From an uncultured Verrucomicrobiae bacterium (lineage in GTDB: Bacteria; Verrucomicrobiota; Verrucomicrobiia; Limisphaerales; Palsa-1400): 64,000 nucleotides of DNA. The stretch is taken from positions 256,001-320,000 of the forward strand of contig CAVPOM010000018.1 in NCBI GenBank assembly GCA_963707025.1, written 5' to 3'. This document shows, piece by piece, positions 21,712 through 31,640 of this stretch. The position numbers and the translations under genes are program-made. Every line of letters begins with the position of its first letter. The stretch's first letter is position 1. The notes beneath the pieces were generated by a model, which worked only from the letters and a program-made list of their open reading frames with translations, searched no databases and was not told the DNA's origin.

Positions 21712-23865
21712 TTAGGGTTGCTCCGGTGTGACGGGCAGTTCGATGGTAAAGCGGCTGCCTTGTCCCACGGCGCTGCGCACCAGGACGCGGCCGCGGTGGG
21801 CTTCCACAATATGTTTGACAATAGTTAAACCGATGCCGATGCCCTGGGTTTCGCGGCGCAGCTCCGAACCGCGGCGATAAAAGCGCTCAAAAATCTTTTC
21901 GTGCTCTTCGGGCGGAATGCCGGGGCCGCGGTCCTCCACCCAAAGACGGATCATTGGCTGGCAGGGCGCGCGCTCCGTGCGCGCCGCGGCGGGCAGCGGA
22001 GTGCCCGCCCTACCTTCCCTCCTCCCGTCACAGGCACAATTCTCCAGGCCGATGGTCACGCTGGCGCCGGGGGGAGAATGTTTGATGGCATTGTCCATGA
22101 GATTGATCAGGGCCTGCTGGAGGGCCAGGCCGTCGCAGGAAAGGAGGGGGGCCGGGCCGGGGCCGGGATTCCAGGCCAGTTCCACCTGCTTGTCGGCGGC
22201 GGCAGGTCGCATCAGCTTCACCGTTTCCGCAAGGATGGCCTCCAGGTCGGCCGGCTCGCGCCGGTATTCTTTGCGCCCTTGTTCGATGCGCGAGAAATCG
22301 AGAACGTTCTCGATCAAGGAAGTGAGCCGGCGGGATTCCTGCACCAGGAAACGATAGTATTCCATCTTCTTGGAGGCTTCAGAAATCTTCCCGCGCTCGA
22401 GCGATTCGGCCAGCAGGCGCATGGAAGCGATGGGGGCGCGCAGTTCGTGGGAAACACTGGAGACGAAATTGGTTTTCATTTCGCTGAGGCGATGTTGCTG
22501 ATAAAAGGCGCGGCGCGCCGCGAGCAGGCCGGCCAGGGCGGCGAGAACGGCGGCGCCAATGAGGGCGCCAAAGAGCCGCGCGCGGCGCTGTTCGGCGGAC
22601 AACATTTTCTCGCGGCTGGCGAGGTAAAAAGTGACGCTGAGGCTGGCCGCATCGGGCCGGGAGGATGCCCCAAATTTTCGCGTGGCATTGGCGAGGCGCG
22701 ACTTTTCCCCGGGCCGGGAATCGCCGCCGCCAACGGACAACGGTTCGTTCTCAATGGAAATGGCCGCCGTGGCGTAATCGGGCACAAGGTACTGGTTGTC
22801 GGCCAAAGCGCGGGCGAAAATGGCTTGGAGCACTTGGGCCGGGACAAAGGAAATGATCCAACCACGCCCGGAAGAGGGCATTCCGTTGGTGTCGTCACTC
22901 CCTATATAATCTTTGTAAAGACAAGGGCAGAAAATGCCAAGGGCGCGGTCCGATGGAGTTTGGCTCCAGCGCGCCCAGAAGGAGTTCGTGCTGCCGGACC
23001 GGATTTCCGGCAGCTTGCGCAAAGCGGCAAGGTGCCGGCGGGCGGCGGACTGGCTGTCCCATAATTGGCGCATGGAGCGGACTTTCTCCTGGGCGAAAGA
23101 ATCCGCGCGGTTGGTCTGGCTTTCGGTCAACGCCAGAAGCGCCGGGGCGACAAACGACGGCGTGTCAAAGAGGCGATGCCAAAGCATTTCCAGGAGCGGA
23201 CGGGACAACGGCCTTTCGACTTGGAGCAACTGGTAATAGGCCAGGTCTTGAAAGGAGATGCCTGTTTCGGTGAGGGGAAAAGGAGGTGCGTAGAGCATCT
23301 GTTCCGGAGTACGGCAAACGGCCAGTGCCGCCTGGCGGGCTTCTGCGGACGGATTGGTGTCAAGAAAGACCTGGTCTGGCACTGACCGCTGGTTCTGGCG
23401 GAGCGCCTCCCAGAGGTTTTTCTGTTTGGGGGAAAGTTCACGAAACCATTCGGGCGGGGAAGGCGTGGCGGGAATATCCGGCGGGGTGATCTGGCGGCCA
23501 TCGGTCAGGATGTCGCATTCGGACTCGGCCAGGGCGGCCAGCTTGAGTCCGGGGTAAGTTCGCTCCCATTTGGCAATGCCAGCCTCAAAATCCTTGTCCG
23601 GGAATGTATTGGCGGGGCCTAATCCCATCATCCATCCGTTTTGCAAGCCCAGGTAGTGTTGGAGTTCCTCGCCGGCCATGTCGGCGATGGCACGGGCGAG
23701 GCTTTGAACGTTTTCAGCCGCCCTTTTGCGGGCGGCTTGTTCGGCGGCCTGCTCGTCCTGGCGCAAGGAAAAGAGGCCGACCACCGCCAGCACCGCCACC
23801 GGCAGGATGATCATCAGGCCCTGCCAGAAAAAGGAGGGGCGCTTGCCGCTGTTGGAACTGTCCAT
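21712..23865 (-). CDS. Sensor histidine kinase (HisKA + HATPase_c)
   Basis: Two TMs; SHELRAP H-box; NLMDNAIKH, DRGPGI, FERFYR, GIGIGL. Confidence 0.93.
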   Translation of the reverse strand: MDSSNSGKRPSFFWQGLMIILPVAVLAVVGLFSLRQDEQAAEQAARKRAAENVQSLARAIADMAGEELQHYLGLQNGWMMGLGPANTFPDKDFEAGIAKWERTYPGLKLAALAESECDILTDGRQITPPDIPATPSPPEWFRELSPKQKNLWEALRQNQRSVPDQVFLDTNPSAEARQAALAVCRTPEQMLYAPPFPLTETGISFQDLAYYQLLQVERPLSRPLLEMLWHRLFDTPSFVAPALLALTESQTNRADSFAQEKVRSMRQLWDSQSAARRHLAALRKLPEIRSGSTNSFWARWSQTPSDRALGIFCPCLYKDYIGSDDTNGMPSSGRGWIISFVPAQVLQAIFARALADNQYLVPDYATAAISIENEPLSVGGGDSRPGEKSRLANATRKFGASSRPDAASLSVTFYLASREKMLSAEQRRARLFGALIGAAVLAALAGLLAARRAFYQQHRLSEMKTNFVSSVSHELRAPIASMRLLAESLERGKISEASKKMEYYRFLVQESRRLTSLIENVLDFSRIEQGRKEYRREPADLEAILAETVKLMRPAAADKQVELAWNPGPGPAPLLSCDGLALQQALINLMDNAIKHSPPGASVTIGLENCACDGRREGRAGTPLPAAARTERAPCQPMIRLWVEDRGPGIPPEEHEKIFERFYRRGSELRRETQGIGIGLTIVKHIVEAHRGRVLVRSAVGQGSRFTIELPVTPEQP
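21959..22014. repeat. GTAG-type REP doublet embedded in histidine kinase CDS
   Basis: Minus strand GGTAGGGCGGGCACTCCGCTGCCCGCCG-CGGCGCGCACGGAGCGCGCGCCCTGCCA. Confidence 0.75.
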
Positions 23866-23877
23866 GGATGTTTTCTA

Positions 23878-23904
23878 AATGCGGCGGTCATAGACCGCCG
23901 CTAC
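23878..23904. repeat. Single REP, same family as 17328
   Basis: AATGCGGCGGTCATAGACCGCCGCTACA. Confidence 0.8.
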
Positions 23905-24001
23905 AATATTGTTCGCGGGTTTGTTCGACAATAGCGCAGGCTGGGGCAAAGCCACAGCGCAATTGTCATGGATTTGTAAAATCGCCGCCGGTTGCGCCGC
24001 C

Positions 24002-25174
24002 TTACCCAACCCGGTGATTGGTCCGCCAGAGGAGAACGGCGCCGACGGCCTGGAAAATGAAATTGGGCAGCCAGATAATCAGGCAAGGATAGCGCTCCGG
24101 ATGAGCCGCCCAAGCCTGGCCCAGCACGATGAAGCTGTAATAGGCCAGCACCAGCACCAAGGCGGTGGCCACCCCCACGCTGGTCTCGCGGCGGTGGGCG
24201 CGAATCCCCAGGGGAATGCCAATCAGGGTGAAGGCAAGGCAGGCAAAGGAAAAGGCCACCTGCTGATTGAGATAGACGAGCACCGGCATGATCGTTTCCG
24301 CCGCCGCGCGTTGCATCTGTTGGCGGGCATCCAGCAGCGCATCCCGGGAGGCGCCGCGCGGGGGGACGACGGCGCGGCCGAGTTCCTGGCGGGCCAATTC
24401 GGCCTGAAGCTGCCGGAAAGTCATGTCGCTAATGGCAATGGGGAGGGCCTCGTCGGCCTTGGGGAAATCTCTGGGTTCCAGCGGCCAGTCGCCAATCAGC
24501 ATCGGCATCCAGCCGTTTTGGTCGTGCTCAAAGCTGGTCATATTCGTCAGAATCAGGGTGATTTTTCTGGCGACGTTGTCAATTATTAAGACGCCTTTGG
24601 GCGCCTTGGCCCAGCGAATCTGCGACCCGCCCGCGTCATATTCAATCACGATAACGCTGTCGAGATTGGTTCCATCCTTGTGGACATGTTCGACAAAAAC
24701 CTGGTACTTGCCGAAGGGAACATATTGTCCGTCGAGGAGGAAACGGCCCGGGCGGTTGCGGCCGACGCTGGCCAGGAGTTCCTTGTAGGCGACGCGGCTG
24801 GCCGGGGCGAGGTCGAAATTGAGCCAGGCGCACAGGCCGCTGACGGCCACGCCCAGCAACAGCACCGGCGGCAGGAGGCTGACCAGGCTGATGCCGCTGG
24901 CGCGGGCGGCGGTCAATTCCTGGTCGGCGCTGAAGCGGCCAAAGACCAGGAGGGTGGCCGTGAGCATGCCGATGGGCAGGGAGAAGGCCAGCACGTAAGG
25001 CAGGAGCAAAAGGATGCCGTGACAGGCCAGACCGAGGGTGGCCTGGCGGTTGACCAGCAAAGTGAGGATTTCCTTGATGACATTGCCCAGCATCAGCACG
25101 AAGGTAAAAACAAAGACCGTCATCCCCCAGGTCGCCAGCATCTGGCGGGTGAGGTAGCCGTACAACGTTTTCAC
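24002..25174 (-). CDS. LptF/LptG family LPS export permease
   Basis: GTG start; FGRFSADQELTAARASGISL, FTLIGIPLG, WLPN. Confidence 0.9.
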   Translation of the reverse strand: MKTLYGYLTRQMLATWGMTVFVFTFVLMLGNVIKEILTLLVNRQATLGLACHGILLLLPYVLAFSLPIGMLTATLLVFGRFSADQELTAARASGISLVSLLPPVLLLGVAVSGLCAWLNFDLAPASRVAYKELLASVGRNRPGRFLLDGQYVPFGKYQVFVEHVHKDGTNLDSVIVIEYDAGGSQIRWAKAPKGVLIIDNVARKITLILTNMTSFEHDQNGWMPMLIGDWPLEPRDFPKADEALPIAISDMTFRQLQAELARQELGRAVVPPRGASRDALLDARQQMQRAAAETIMPVLVYLNQQVAFSFACLAFTLIGIPLGIRAHRRETSVGVATALVLVLAYYSFIVLGQAWAAHPERYPCLIIWLPNFIFQAVGAVLLWRTNHRVG

Positions 25175-25300
25175 AGCAGAGCAAGCATGAGCAATGCCCT
25201 GTAAAAAGGCGAGGATGAAGGATGGCGGGCTTTGCGGTTGCCATCCTCCATCCTCCATATTCCCTGCTCCAATGTCGCCGGGCCGCGTTTGCCGGGGCGG

Positions 25301-26968
25301 TTATTGCTGCTTGGCGGTTTCGTCGGCGGCGTCGAAGGCGTGCTGCAAGGCGACCAGGTCTTCGCCCGGCTTAAGGGATTCCAAGATGGCCTGCTCGGCC
25401 TTGAGTTGTTCGTTGGAATAGGCGGCGGCTTTGATGGACAGGCCGATGCGGCGGTCGGTCTTGTCAATCTTGATGACGCGGGCGGTGACTTCCTGGCCGA
25501 CCTTGAGCACATTTTTGATTTTCTCGGTGCGCTCCTCGCTGACTTGGGAGATATGGACCAGGCCGTCAATGTCGTGTTGCAGGCCGACAAAGGCGCCGAA
25601 GCTGGCCAGCTTGGTGACGTTGCCGGTGACCAGATCGCCCACTTTGTAGAACTGATCAATGTTGCTCCACGGATCCACGGTGAGCTGCTTGGCGCCGACG
25701 GAAATGCGCTGGTTGGCCTTGTCCACTTCCAAGACGACCGCTTCGACTTCGTCGCCTTTTTTGAAGACTTCGGAAGGATGATTGATTTTGCGGGTCCAGG
25801 AGATGTCAGAGACATGGATCATGCCGTCCAGCCCCTCTTCCAACTCGATGAAGGCGCCATAGCTGGTGAGGTTGCGGATCTTGCCCTTGACCCTGGCGCC
25901 GGGGGGATATTTCTCCAGGGCCTTGTCCCACGGATTGGTGTCCAACTGGCGGATGCCGAGGGAGATTTTTTGTTCTTCGCGATTGATGCCCAGCACGACG
26001 GCCTCGATGGCCTGGTCGGCCTTGAGCACGTCGGAGGGCTTGGCGATGCGCTTGGTCCAGGAAAGTTCGGTGACATGGACCAGCCCTTCGACGCCCGGCT
26101 CCAATTCGACAAACGCGCCGTAGGGAACGAGGTTGACGACGCGGCCCTTGACCCGGGCGCCGACCTGGTATTTGGCGTCAATGTTTTCCCAGGGATTGGC
26201 CAGCTTCTGTTTGAGTCCGAGGCTGACCCGCTCCTTTTCGCGGTTTATGTCAAGCACCACGACATCAATGTCCTGGCCGACCTTGAGGATTTCGGAGGGG
26301 TGGCCGATGCGGCCCCAGCTCATGTCGGTGATATGGAGCAGGCCGTCAATGCCGTTGAGGTCAATGAAGGCGCCGAAATCGGTGATGTTCTTGACCGTGC
26401 CTTTGCGGATGTCGCCCGGGGTCATTTCGGTGAGGAGTTTGGCGCGCTTGTCGTTGCGCTGCTGCTCGATCAATTCCCGGCGGGACAGGACGATGTTCTG
26501 GCGGTCCTGATTGATTTTGACGACCTTGAATTCGTAGCTGTTGCCGAGGAACTGGGCCAGGTTCTTGGGCGGAACGATGTCAATCTGGGAGGCGGGCAAA
26601 AAGGCTTCGACGCCGATGTTGACGAGCAGGCCGCCCTTGACGGCGGCCTTGACTTTGCCGGTGATGGTGCCGCCTTCGTTGCAGATGGTGAGAATTTTAT
26701 CCCAGTTCTTTTTGAATTCGGCCTTTTCCTTGGAGAGGACGACCATGCCTTCCTTGTCCTCCAGTTTTTCGATGAGGACATCCACCTCGTCGCCAATCTT
26801 GACGGTTTTAATATCTTCAAATTCGTTGCCGGAGACGACTCCTTCACTTTTGTAGCCGATATCCACGAGGACTTCCTTGGGGCGGACTTCGATGACGGTG
26901 CCTTTGACGATTTGACCTGTGGCAAAGCGCGTCGAGCTTTGCTGCAGGGCTTCTTCCATTGTGAGCAT
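25301..26968 (-). CDS. rpsA: 30S ribosomal protein S1
   Basis: Repeated S1 domains: DIGYKSEG, FLPASQ, FGAFIDL..DGLLHITDMSW, EGLVHVTELSW. Confidence 0.97.
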   Translation of the reverse strand: MLTMEEALQQSSTRFATGQIVKGTVIEVRPKEVLVDIGYKSEGVVSGNEFEDIKTVKIGDEVDVLIEKLEDKEGMVVLSKEKAEFKKNWDKILTICNEGGTITGKVKAAVKGGLLVNIGVEAFLPASQIDIVPPKNLAQFLGNSYEFKVVKINQDRQNIVLSRRELIEQQRNDKRAKLLTEMTPGDIRKGTVKNITDFGAFIDLNGIDGLLHITDMSWGRIGHPSEILKVGQDIDVVVLDINREKERVSLGLKQKLANPWENIDAKYQVGARVKGRVVNLVPYGAFVELEPGVEGLVHVTELSWTKRIAKPSDVLKADQAIEAVVLGINREEQKISLGIRQLDTNPWDKALEKYPPGARVKGKIRNLTSYGAFIELEEGLDGMIHVSDISWTRKINHPSEVFKKGDEVEAVVLEVDKANQRISVGAKQLTVDPWSNIDQFYKVGDLVTGNVTKLASFGAFVGLQHDIDGLVHISQVSEERTEKIKNVLKVGQEVTARVIKIDKTDRRIGLSIKAAAYSNEQLKAEQAILESLKPGEDLVALQHAFDAADETAKQQ

Positions 26969-27368
26969 AATTAGAATGAGTTCATAAACTGCGGGAGGCT
27001 TGGACACGCCCGGAGCGGCGCGCGAAGACTCCATTGCCTACCTGACCACGTTGTCTGGCAACGGAGGTAAAAGTTAGGAAACATGGTTGACTTTTTTTTC
27101 TCAGCCTCAAGGAACGCCGCACACACGGCGTTCAGGCAAGGGGCATCATACGCCTGTTCGGTAGAAAGGCAAGAGGCAAAAACAAGGCAAAAGGAAAGGA
27201 GAGCGAGCCGGGGTGTTGAACTCTGCCAAGTTGTGCTGGGTGCCGAACCCGTTGTTGCCCTGTTGTTTGCGTGAAGTGTGGGGTGGAAGGCAATTGATCC
27301 CGTTGGAACTGACAGCCCGGCAGAATCCGTAAATCAACATATTTATCAAAAAAAGTGATTTTTTTCTG

Positions 27369-27396
27369 TTGACTGATTGAATTATTCAATTATTAT
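27369..27396 (+). promoter_or_regulatory. sigma70 promoter with palindromic operator in spacer
   Basis: TTGACT-N16-TATTAT; spacer holds perfect ATTGAAT-T-ATTCAAT (27376-27390). Confidence 0.7.
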
Positions 27397-27409
27397 ATTG
27401 ATTTATTAA

Positions 27410-27790
27410 ATGAAAAATCCGTCCACAGCCGGCAAGAAACTGATCACGCGCTGTCCCTTTTGCGGGGATGATCTGGCCATTGCCCGGCTTTCCTGCTGTG
27501 GATGCAAGACGCAGATTGATTCGGAATTGCCGATACCGCTGTTCTTCCGGCTGCCGCAGGACATGCAGGAATTCGTGCTCATCTTCCTGCGTTGCCGGGG
27601 AAGTATTCGCGATGTGGAAAAGGAATTGGGCATTTCCTACCCAACGGTCTGCAAACGGCTGGATCTGGTCAACGAACTGCTCGGCAACAAGGGAACGCCC
27701 GTCAACCGCACGCAAATCCTGGAACAACTGGAGCGGGGAGAAATCTCCGTGCCGGAAGCAACCCAACTATTAAAAGAGAGAACCGCATGA
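27410..27790 (+). CDS. DUF2089-type Zn-ribbon/HTH regulator with SHOCT-like tail
   Basis: CPFCG...C..C, GSIRDVEKELGISYPTV, ILEQLERGEISVPEA. Confidence 0.85.
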   Translation: MKNPSTAGKKLITRCPFCGDDLAIARLSCCGCKTQIDSELPIPLFFRLPQDMQEFVLIFLRCRGSIRDVEKELGISYPTVCKRLDLVNELLGNKGTPVNRTQILEQLERGEISVPEATQLLKERTA

Positions 27791-28926
27791 ACCAAAATAC
27801 CCTCCCCATCTTCGGGATCATCGCCCTGGTCATTTTAGTTTTCGTAGTGATATCGTTGGGCGCGAACCTCTACGGCCGCTATCTGCGCATTTCGCGCGGC
27901 AAGGCGGCGGTGCAATTGGTCGCGGCCGTGTTGCTTTCCATTGGCGTCGGTTTCTGGCGGGCCGATCTAATCAGCCGGGGGCAGGTCGAGGCAACCATCC
28001 AATTTGGGGACCGCGACTTCGCCGTGGCTTTTTCGATTGGTTTTGCAGCGCTGCTGCCGTTGGTGGCCATCCCTTTCCTGGCCAAACTTTACCTCACTTG
28101 GATTGCGGGCGCCGTGACCGACGACGAGAAGGCTCCCGGCATCCAGGGTGTCCGCGCCTGGCTGCGCGGCGGCAATCTTGCCTGCGCCGTCCTGGTCGCC
28201 CTCAGTTTTTGGATCGGTTTCGGATACTCGTTCTGGAGCCCGCTGGCGCTGGCCCTGATGGCGCTGCTGGCGTTTCCCTTTTTGAACATGGCCACGGCCC
28301 CAACCACCGCCCAAGCCCCCGCGGCTCCAACCGACGCCCTGTCTCCCGAACGGGAGCGTGTTCTTAAAATGCTGGATGGCGGCAAAATCACCGCCTCGGA
28401 AAGCGCCGAATTGCTCAATGCCCTGGGTCAGTCGGCCCAGCCGCTGGCCGCTAAATCCACCCCCTCGCCGCATCGCAAGCTGGTGTGGATCGGCGCGGCT
28501 CTGCTCCTCATCGGTTTCTTTCTCCCGTGGTTCGTCGTCAAGGTCGGCGACGTTCAAGGCGCCATGAACGATTTGATGCGTCAATTGCCCATGCCCCAAA
28601 GCATCCCCAATGTCAGCGGGATGATGCCCCAGGGCATGAGGGTTTATATTACCGGCGGCGAGATTGAATACGGATTCGGCTGGGGCGTCCTGTTTTTCGG
28701 CATCGTGGCGGCGGCGCTGCCTTTCCTGGCCACGAATCTGGATTCCAAAACCTGTCAAAAAACCTGTCTCATCGCCCTGGGTGTCGGCGCGATAATTCTT
28801 ATTTACCTGCTCACCCGGAGCCTTCGTTTCGCCAGCATCGGACTGCTGCTCGGACTGGCCGGATACGCGCTTGAATTCATCGGCGTGCTCAAAGCGCGCG
28901 AGTTGGATTGGGTCCGCGCCAATTGA
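27787..28926 (+). CDS. Multi-pass membrane protein with internal SHOCT-like motif
   Basis: Many hydrophobic helices; ERERVLKMLDGGKITASESAELLNAL; ATGA overlap with upstream gene. Confidence 0.75.
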   Translation: MNQNTLPIFGIIALVILVFVVISLGANLYGRYLRISRGKAAVQLVAAVLLSIGVGFWRADLISRGQVEATIQFGDRDFAVAFSIGFAALLPLVAIPFLAKLYLTWIAGAVTDDEKAPGIQGVRAWLRGGNLACAVLVALSFWIGFGYSFWSPLALALMALLAFPFLNMATAPTTAQAPAAPTDALSPERERVLKMLDGGKITASESAELLNALGQSAQPLAAKSTPSPHRKLVWIGAALLLIGFFLPWFVVKVGDVQGAMNDLMRQLPMPQSIPNVSGMMPQGMRVYITGGEIEYGFGWGVLFFGIVAAALPFLATNLDSKTCQKTCLIALGVGAIILIYLLTRSLRFASIGLLLGLAGYALEFIGVLKARELDWVRAN

Positions 28927-28988
28927 CGATTCCAGGATGAGGAGCGGATGGGATGGCGGAGGCGGGCGCCAATTGGGGCGCGCTCCGT

Positions 28989-30891
28989 TCATTTGGCGCG
29001 GTGTTGCAGGTAGGCGTTCCAGAGGTTGCTTTGAACGTAGAGTTCCAAAAAGACCTCGGGACGCAATGCATACATGTGGGCCATGATGCCGGCTTTGTCC
29101 TGGTCCACATCGGGTTCCAGTTGGGTCGAGATTATGGTCATGGGCGGATACGGTTCCACGGGCAGATTGTTGGTGCCCAGTTCCGCGGGGTAAGCGTCTT
29201 CCAACAGCCGGCGGTTGAGGCGGGTCAGGTCCTGGCCGTGCGGGTTCTGGCGGCGGAGTTCCACGGTGGCGGGCCGCAAATGAATGCCTTCAAAGCGGTT
29301 GGAATCGTAGAGGGATGGCCCGGCGATGATTTTGTTGAGGTTGGTGACGAGCAAGGATTCCAAATAGTCTGCGCCACCCTTGGCCGGAGGGGCGGCGTCC
29401 ATATGGTTGGTGAGGCCGGAGTCGAGCAAGAATTTGGAAATAGGATCGGATTTGGCCTGCACCTTGCGGAGGAAGGCATCCACGTCCCGGATGTCCCCCG
29501 GGGCAAATTTGGAGTAACCAGGCACGTTTTCGAAATAGCCGACGTTGCCGTAGGAACGCAGATACCACGGCAAAGGCCAATAATCGGAGCCGGGCGCAAT
29601 CACGCTGATGTAGAGGCCGCGGCCTTCGGGCGAAGCTTGCGCCACGGCGTCCACCTTGTCCACCAGGTTGAGGAGGTCGGGCGAGGTTTGGGCGTAAACC
29701 CAGGGGTTGCGCGGATCGGCCGCAAAGCGGACGGCGGCCTGCCAGGCCTGCACGGCGAGTTGGGCCACTCCTGTCAATACTATTATTCCGGCGGCGCGGT
29801 TCAGCCGCCGCCCCGGCAGCCGGCCCAGAAGCGCCGCCGCCCCGACTCCCGCCAGGAGGACGGCGCCGTGCCAGAAGCCCAGGGCGCTCCAGGGCGTCTT
29901 GTAGGGGAGCACGGTGTAAATGAGGGCGAGGATGACGGTGTAAAAGGCGAGGAAACGCACGAAGGCGGAACTGGCGCCGGGCAATCCCCGGCGGGCAAAG
30001 GCGGCGATGCCGCCCCACACGGCCAGGAGCAGAATGAGCGCTTCACTCCAGATTGGCCCGCCCGGACGGTGAAAGAAAAGGAGGCGCTCCCAATAGAAGC
30101 TCCATCCGTAAATGTGAGGCGAAGCGCCCTTGGCGCGCTGGAACCAGATCAGATATGTCCGCGCGGCGTCGAGCGGACCGGATCGGTTGGAGAAGAACGA
30201 GGAGAACAGGACCAGCGCGACGGCCATCCAGACCAGGCCCGCCGCCGCGAGGTGGGCGGGGCAAAAAAGATTCTGCCGCGGCGCGGAAGGCCGGCGCGGC
30301 GCGCGGAAGGCCTTCGTTGAGGAGCAAAGCGCCCATCACGGCGGCGAGGTTGAAGACGAAGGTTTCCTTGGTCGCCTGGGTCAATCCGATGGCGGCGCCG
30401 GCGAGCAGAATCCAGGCGATTTTGCCAGTTTGACTGTAACGCCAGGCGGAGGCGAGGGCCAGAAAGATGAAGAAAACAAAGAGGGTCTCGTGGATGTAGT
30501 CGCGGCTGTAATAGACCAGGACGGGCGACACCGCGGTGAGGAAAGCGGCGGCCAAGGCGGCCTGGCGGCCCAAGCCGTCGGCGACCAGAAAGAGCAGCAG
30601 AACCAGGCCGACGCCGAAGACAACGGTCAGAGACCGGAGGCGGATTTCGGTGAAGCGGGCGAAATCCCCGGCCAGGGTCAGCTTTTCCCAGAGGAGGGTG
30701 GAGTAAGCCAGGGTGGGGCCGTGGAATTCGTTTGGGTCGTAGCGGTAGCCGTGTCCCTCCCACAAATCGCGGATTTTGAGGGCATTGTTGGCCTCATCGT
30801 TGTGCATGGGGCGGCGCTCCAGTTGGACGGAGCGCAGGCCCAGGGCGAGCAGGCCCGCCAGCAACATCCACCAGGGAAAGCCTTTGGTCAT
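28989..30891 (-). pseudogene. TIGR03663/Agl23-like GT-C glycosyltransferase, frameshifted near 30255-30310 (real or sequencing error)
   Basis: RPMHNDEA, YDPNEFHGPTL, YYSRDYIHE, ATKET in ORF 30043-30891; YKTPW, YAQT, YWPLPWYLR continue in another frame (28989-30227). Confidence 0.8.
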
Positions 30892-31589
30892 TGGACCGGC
30901 CGGCCGTAAACCTCCACTTCGGTGCATTCGTTGTACCTGGCGGCCGTGCTCCCGTTGGAGTAGAGGCGGACGTAGCGGGCCTTGGCGCCCTTGGCGTCTA
31001 TGAGTTTGCCTTCGTTGGTCTCGAAATACTCGCGGTCGGTTCCAACCCCCTGGCCGGCGGCGTTTTCGACATCATTATTGAAAAGGGTGCGCACATTCTG
31101 GGCCGGGCTGAACTCGGGGCCGTCGGCGATCTGGACCACGACGCCATGATAAACATTTTGCGTATTGTGGGCGTGCCAGACGACGATGGCGTAAATTTCC
31201 TGCGGTTTCTCCAGGTCAATTTGCAACCATTGGCTGCCTTTGGTGAGCAGGACCACGTTTTCTTCGGTGGCTTCCTTTTCGCCGTCGGTGACTTTGGCCA
31301 GATCTTCGGCGGCGGCATTGGTGGCGCTGCTGGTGACTTTTTTGTGCAGGGCCACATTGGCCACGCCCGCGGGCGCCAGGAAAGGCGGGCGGGGCGTTTT
31401 ACTGAGCGGTTCGACGTTGGGAGGCAGGGGTTTGTCGGACGGCGTGCCAATGAAGGCGGGGGCGGGCAGTTTAATATTGAGCGGGACGAGGTTTTGCGCG
31501 CGGGAACAACTCCCGCCCAGCCAGGCCAGACCCAGAGTCAAGCATAGCAACAGGCAGCCGCGGCGCGGGCGGTGTGAATTTCCAATCAT
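30888..31589 (-). CDS. Exported discoidin/F5-8 type C (CBM32-like) domain protein
   Basis: Signal peptide; NVALHKKVTSS, VTDG, QWLQIDL, ARYVRLY, EVEVYG. Confidence 0.8.
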   Translation of the reverse strand: MIGNSHRPRRGCLLLCLTLGLAWLGGSCSRAQNLVPLNIKLPAPAFIGTPSDKPLPPNVEPLSKTPRPPFLAPAGVANVALHKKVTSSATNAAAEDLAKVTDGEKEATEENVVLLTKGSQWLQIDLEKPQEIYAIVVWHAHNTQNVYHGVVVQIADGPEFSPAQNVRTLFNNDVENAAGQGVGTDREYFETNEGKLIDAKGAKARYVRLYSNGSTAARYNECTEVEVYGRPVQ

Positions 31590-31640
31590 GCCTTTAATTA
31601 AGCCCATCCGCCGGCGGATGCCAAGCCTGAATGCGGCCGG

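Noticed and set aside
25232..26974. Long antisense ORFs (580 aa here; also 11961-13367, 13647-15014, 32194-33960, 34442-35812, 38978-40441, 40603-41949, 49229-50713)
   Set aside because: Shadow frames opposite well-supported genes, expected from high-GC codon bias; no recognisable motifs.
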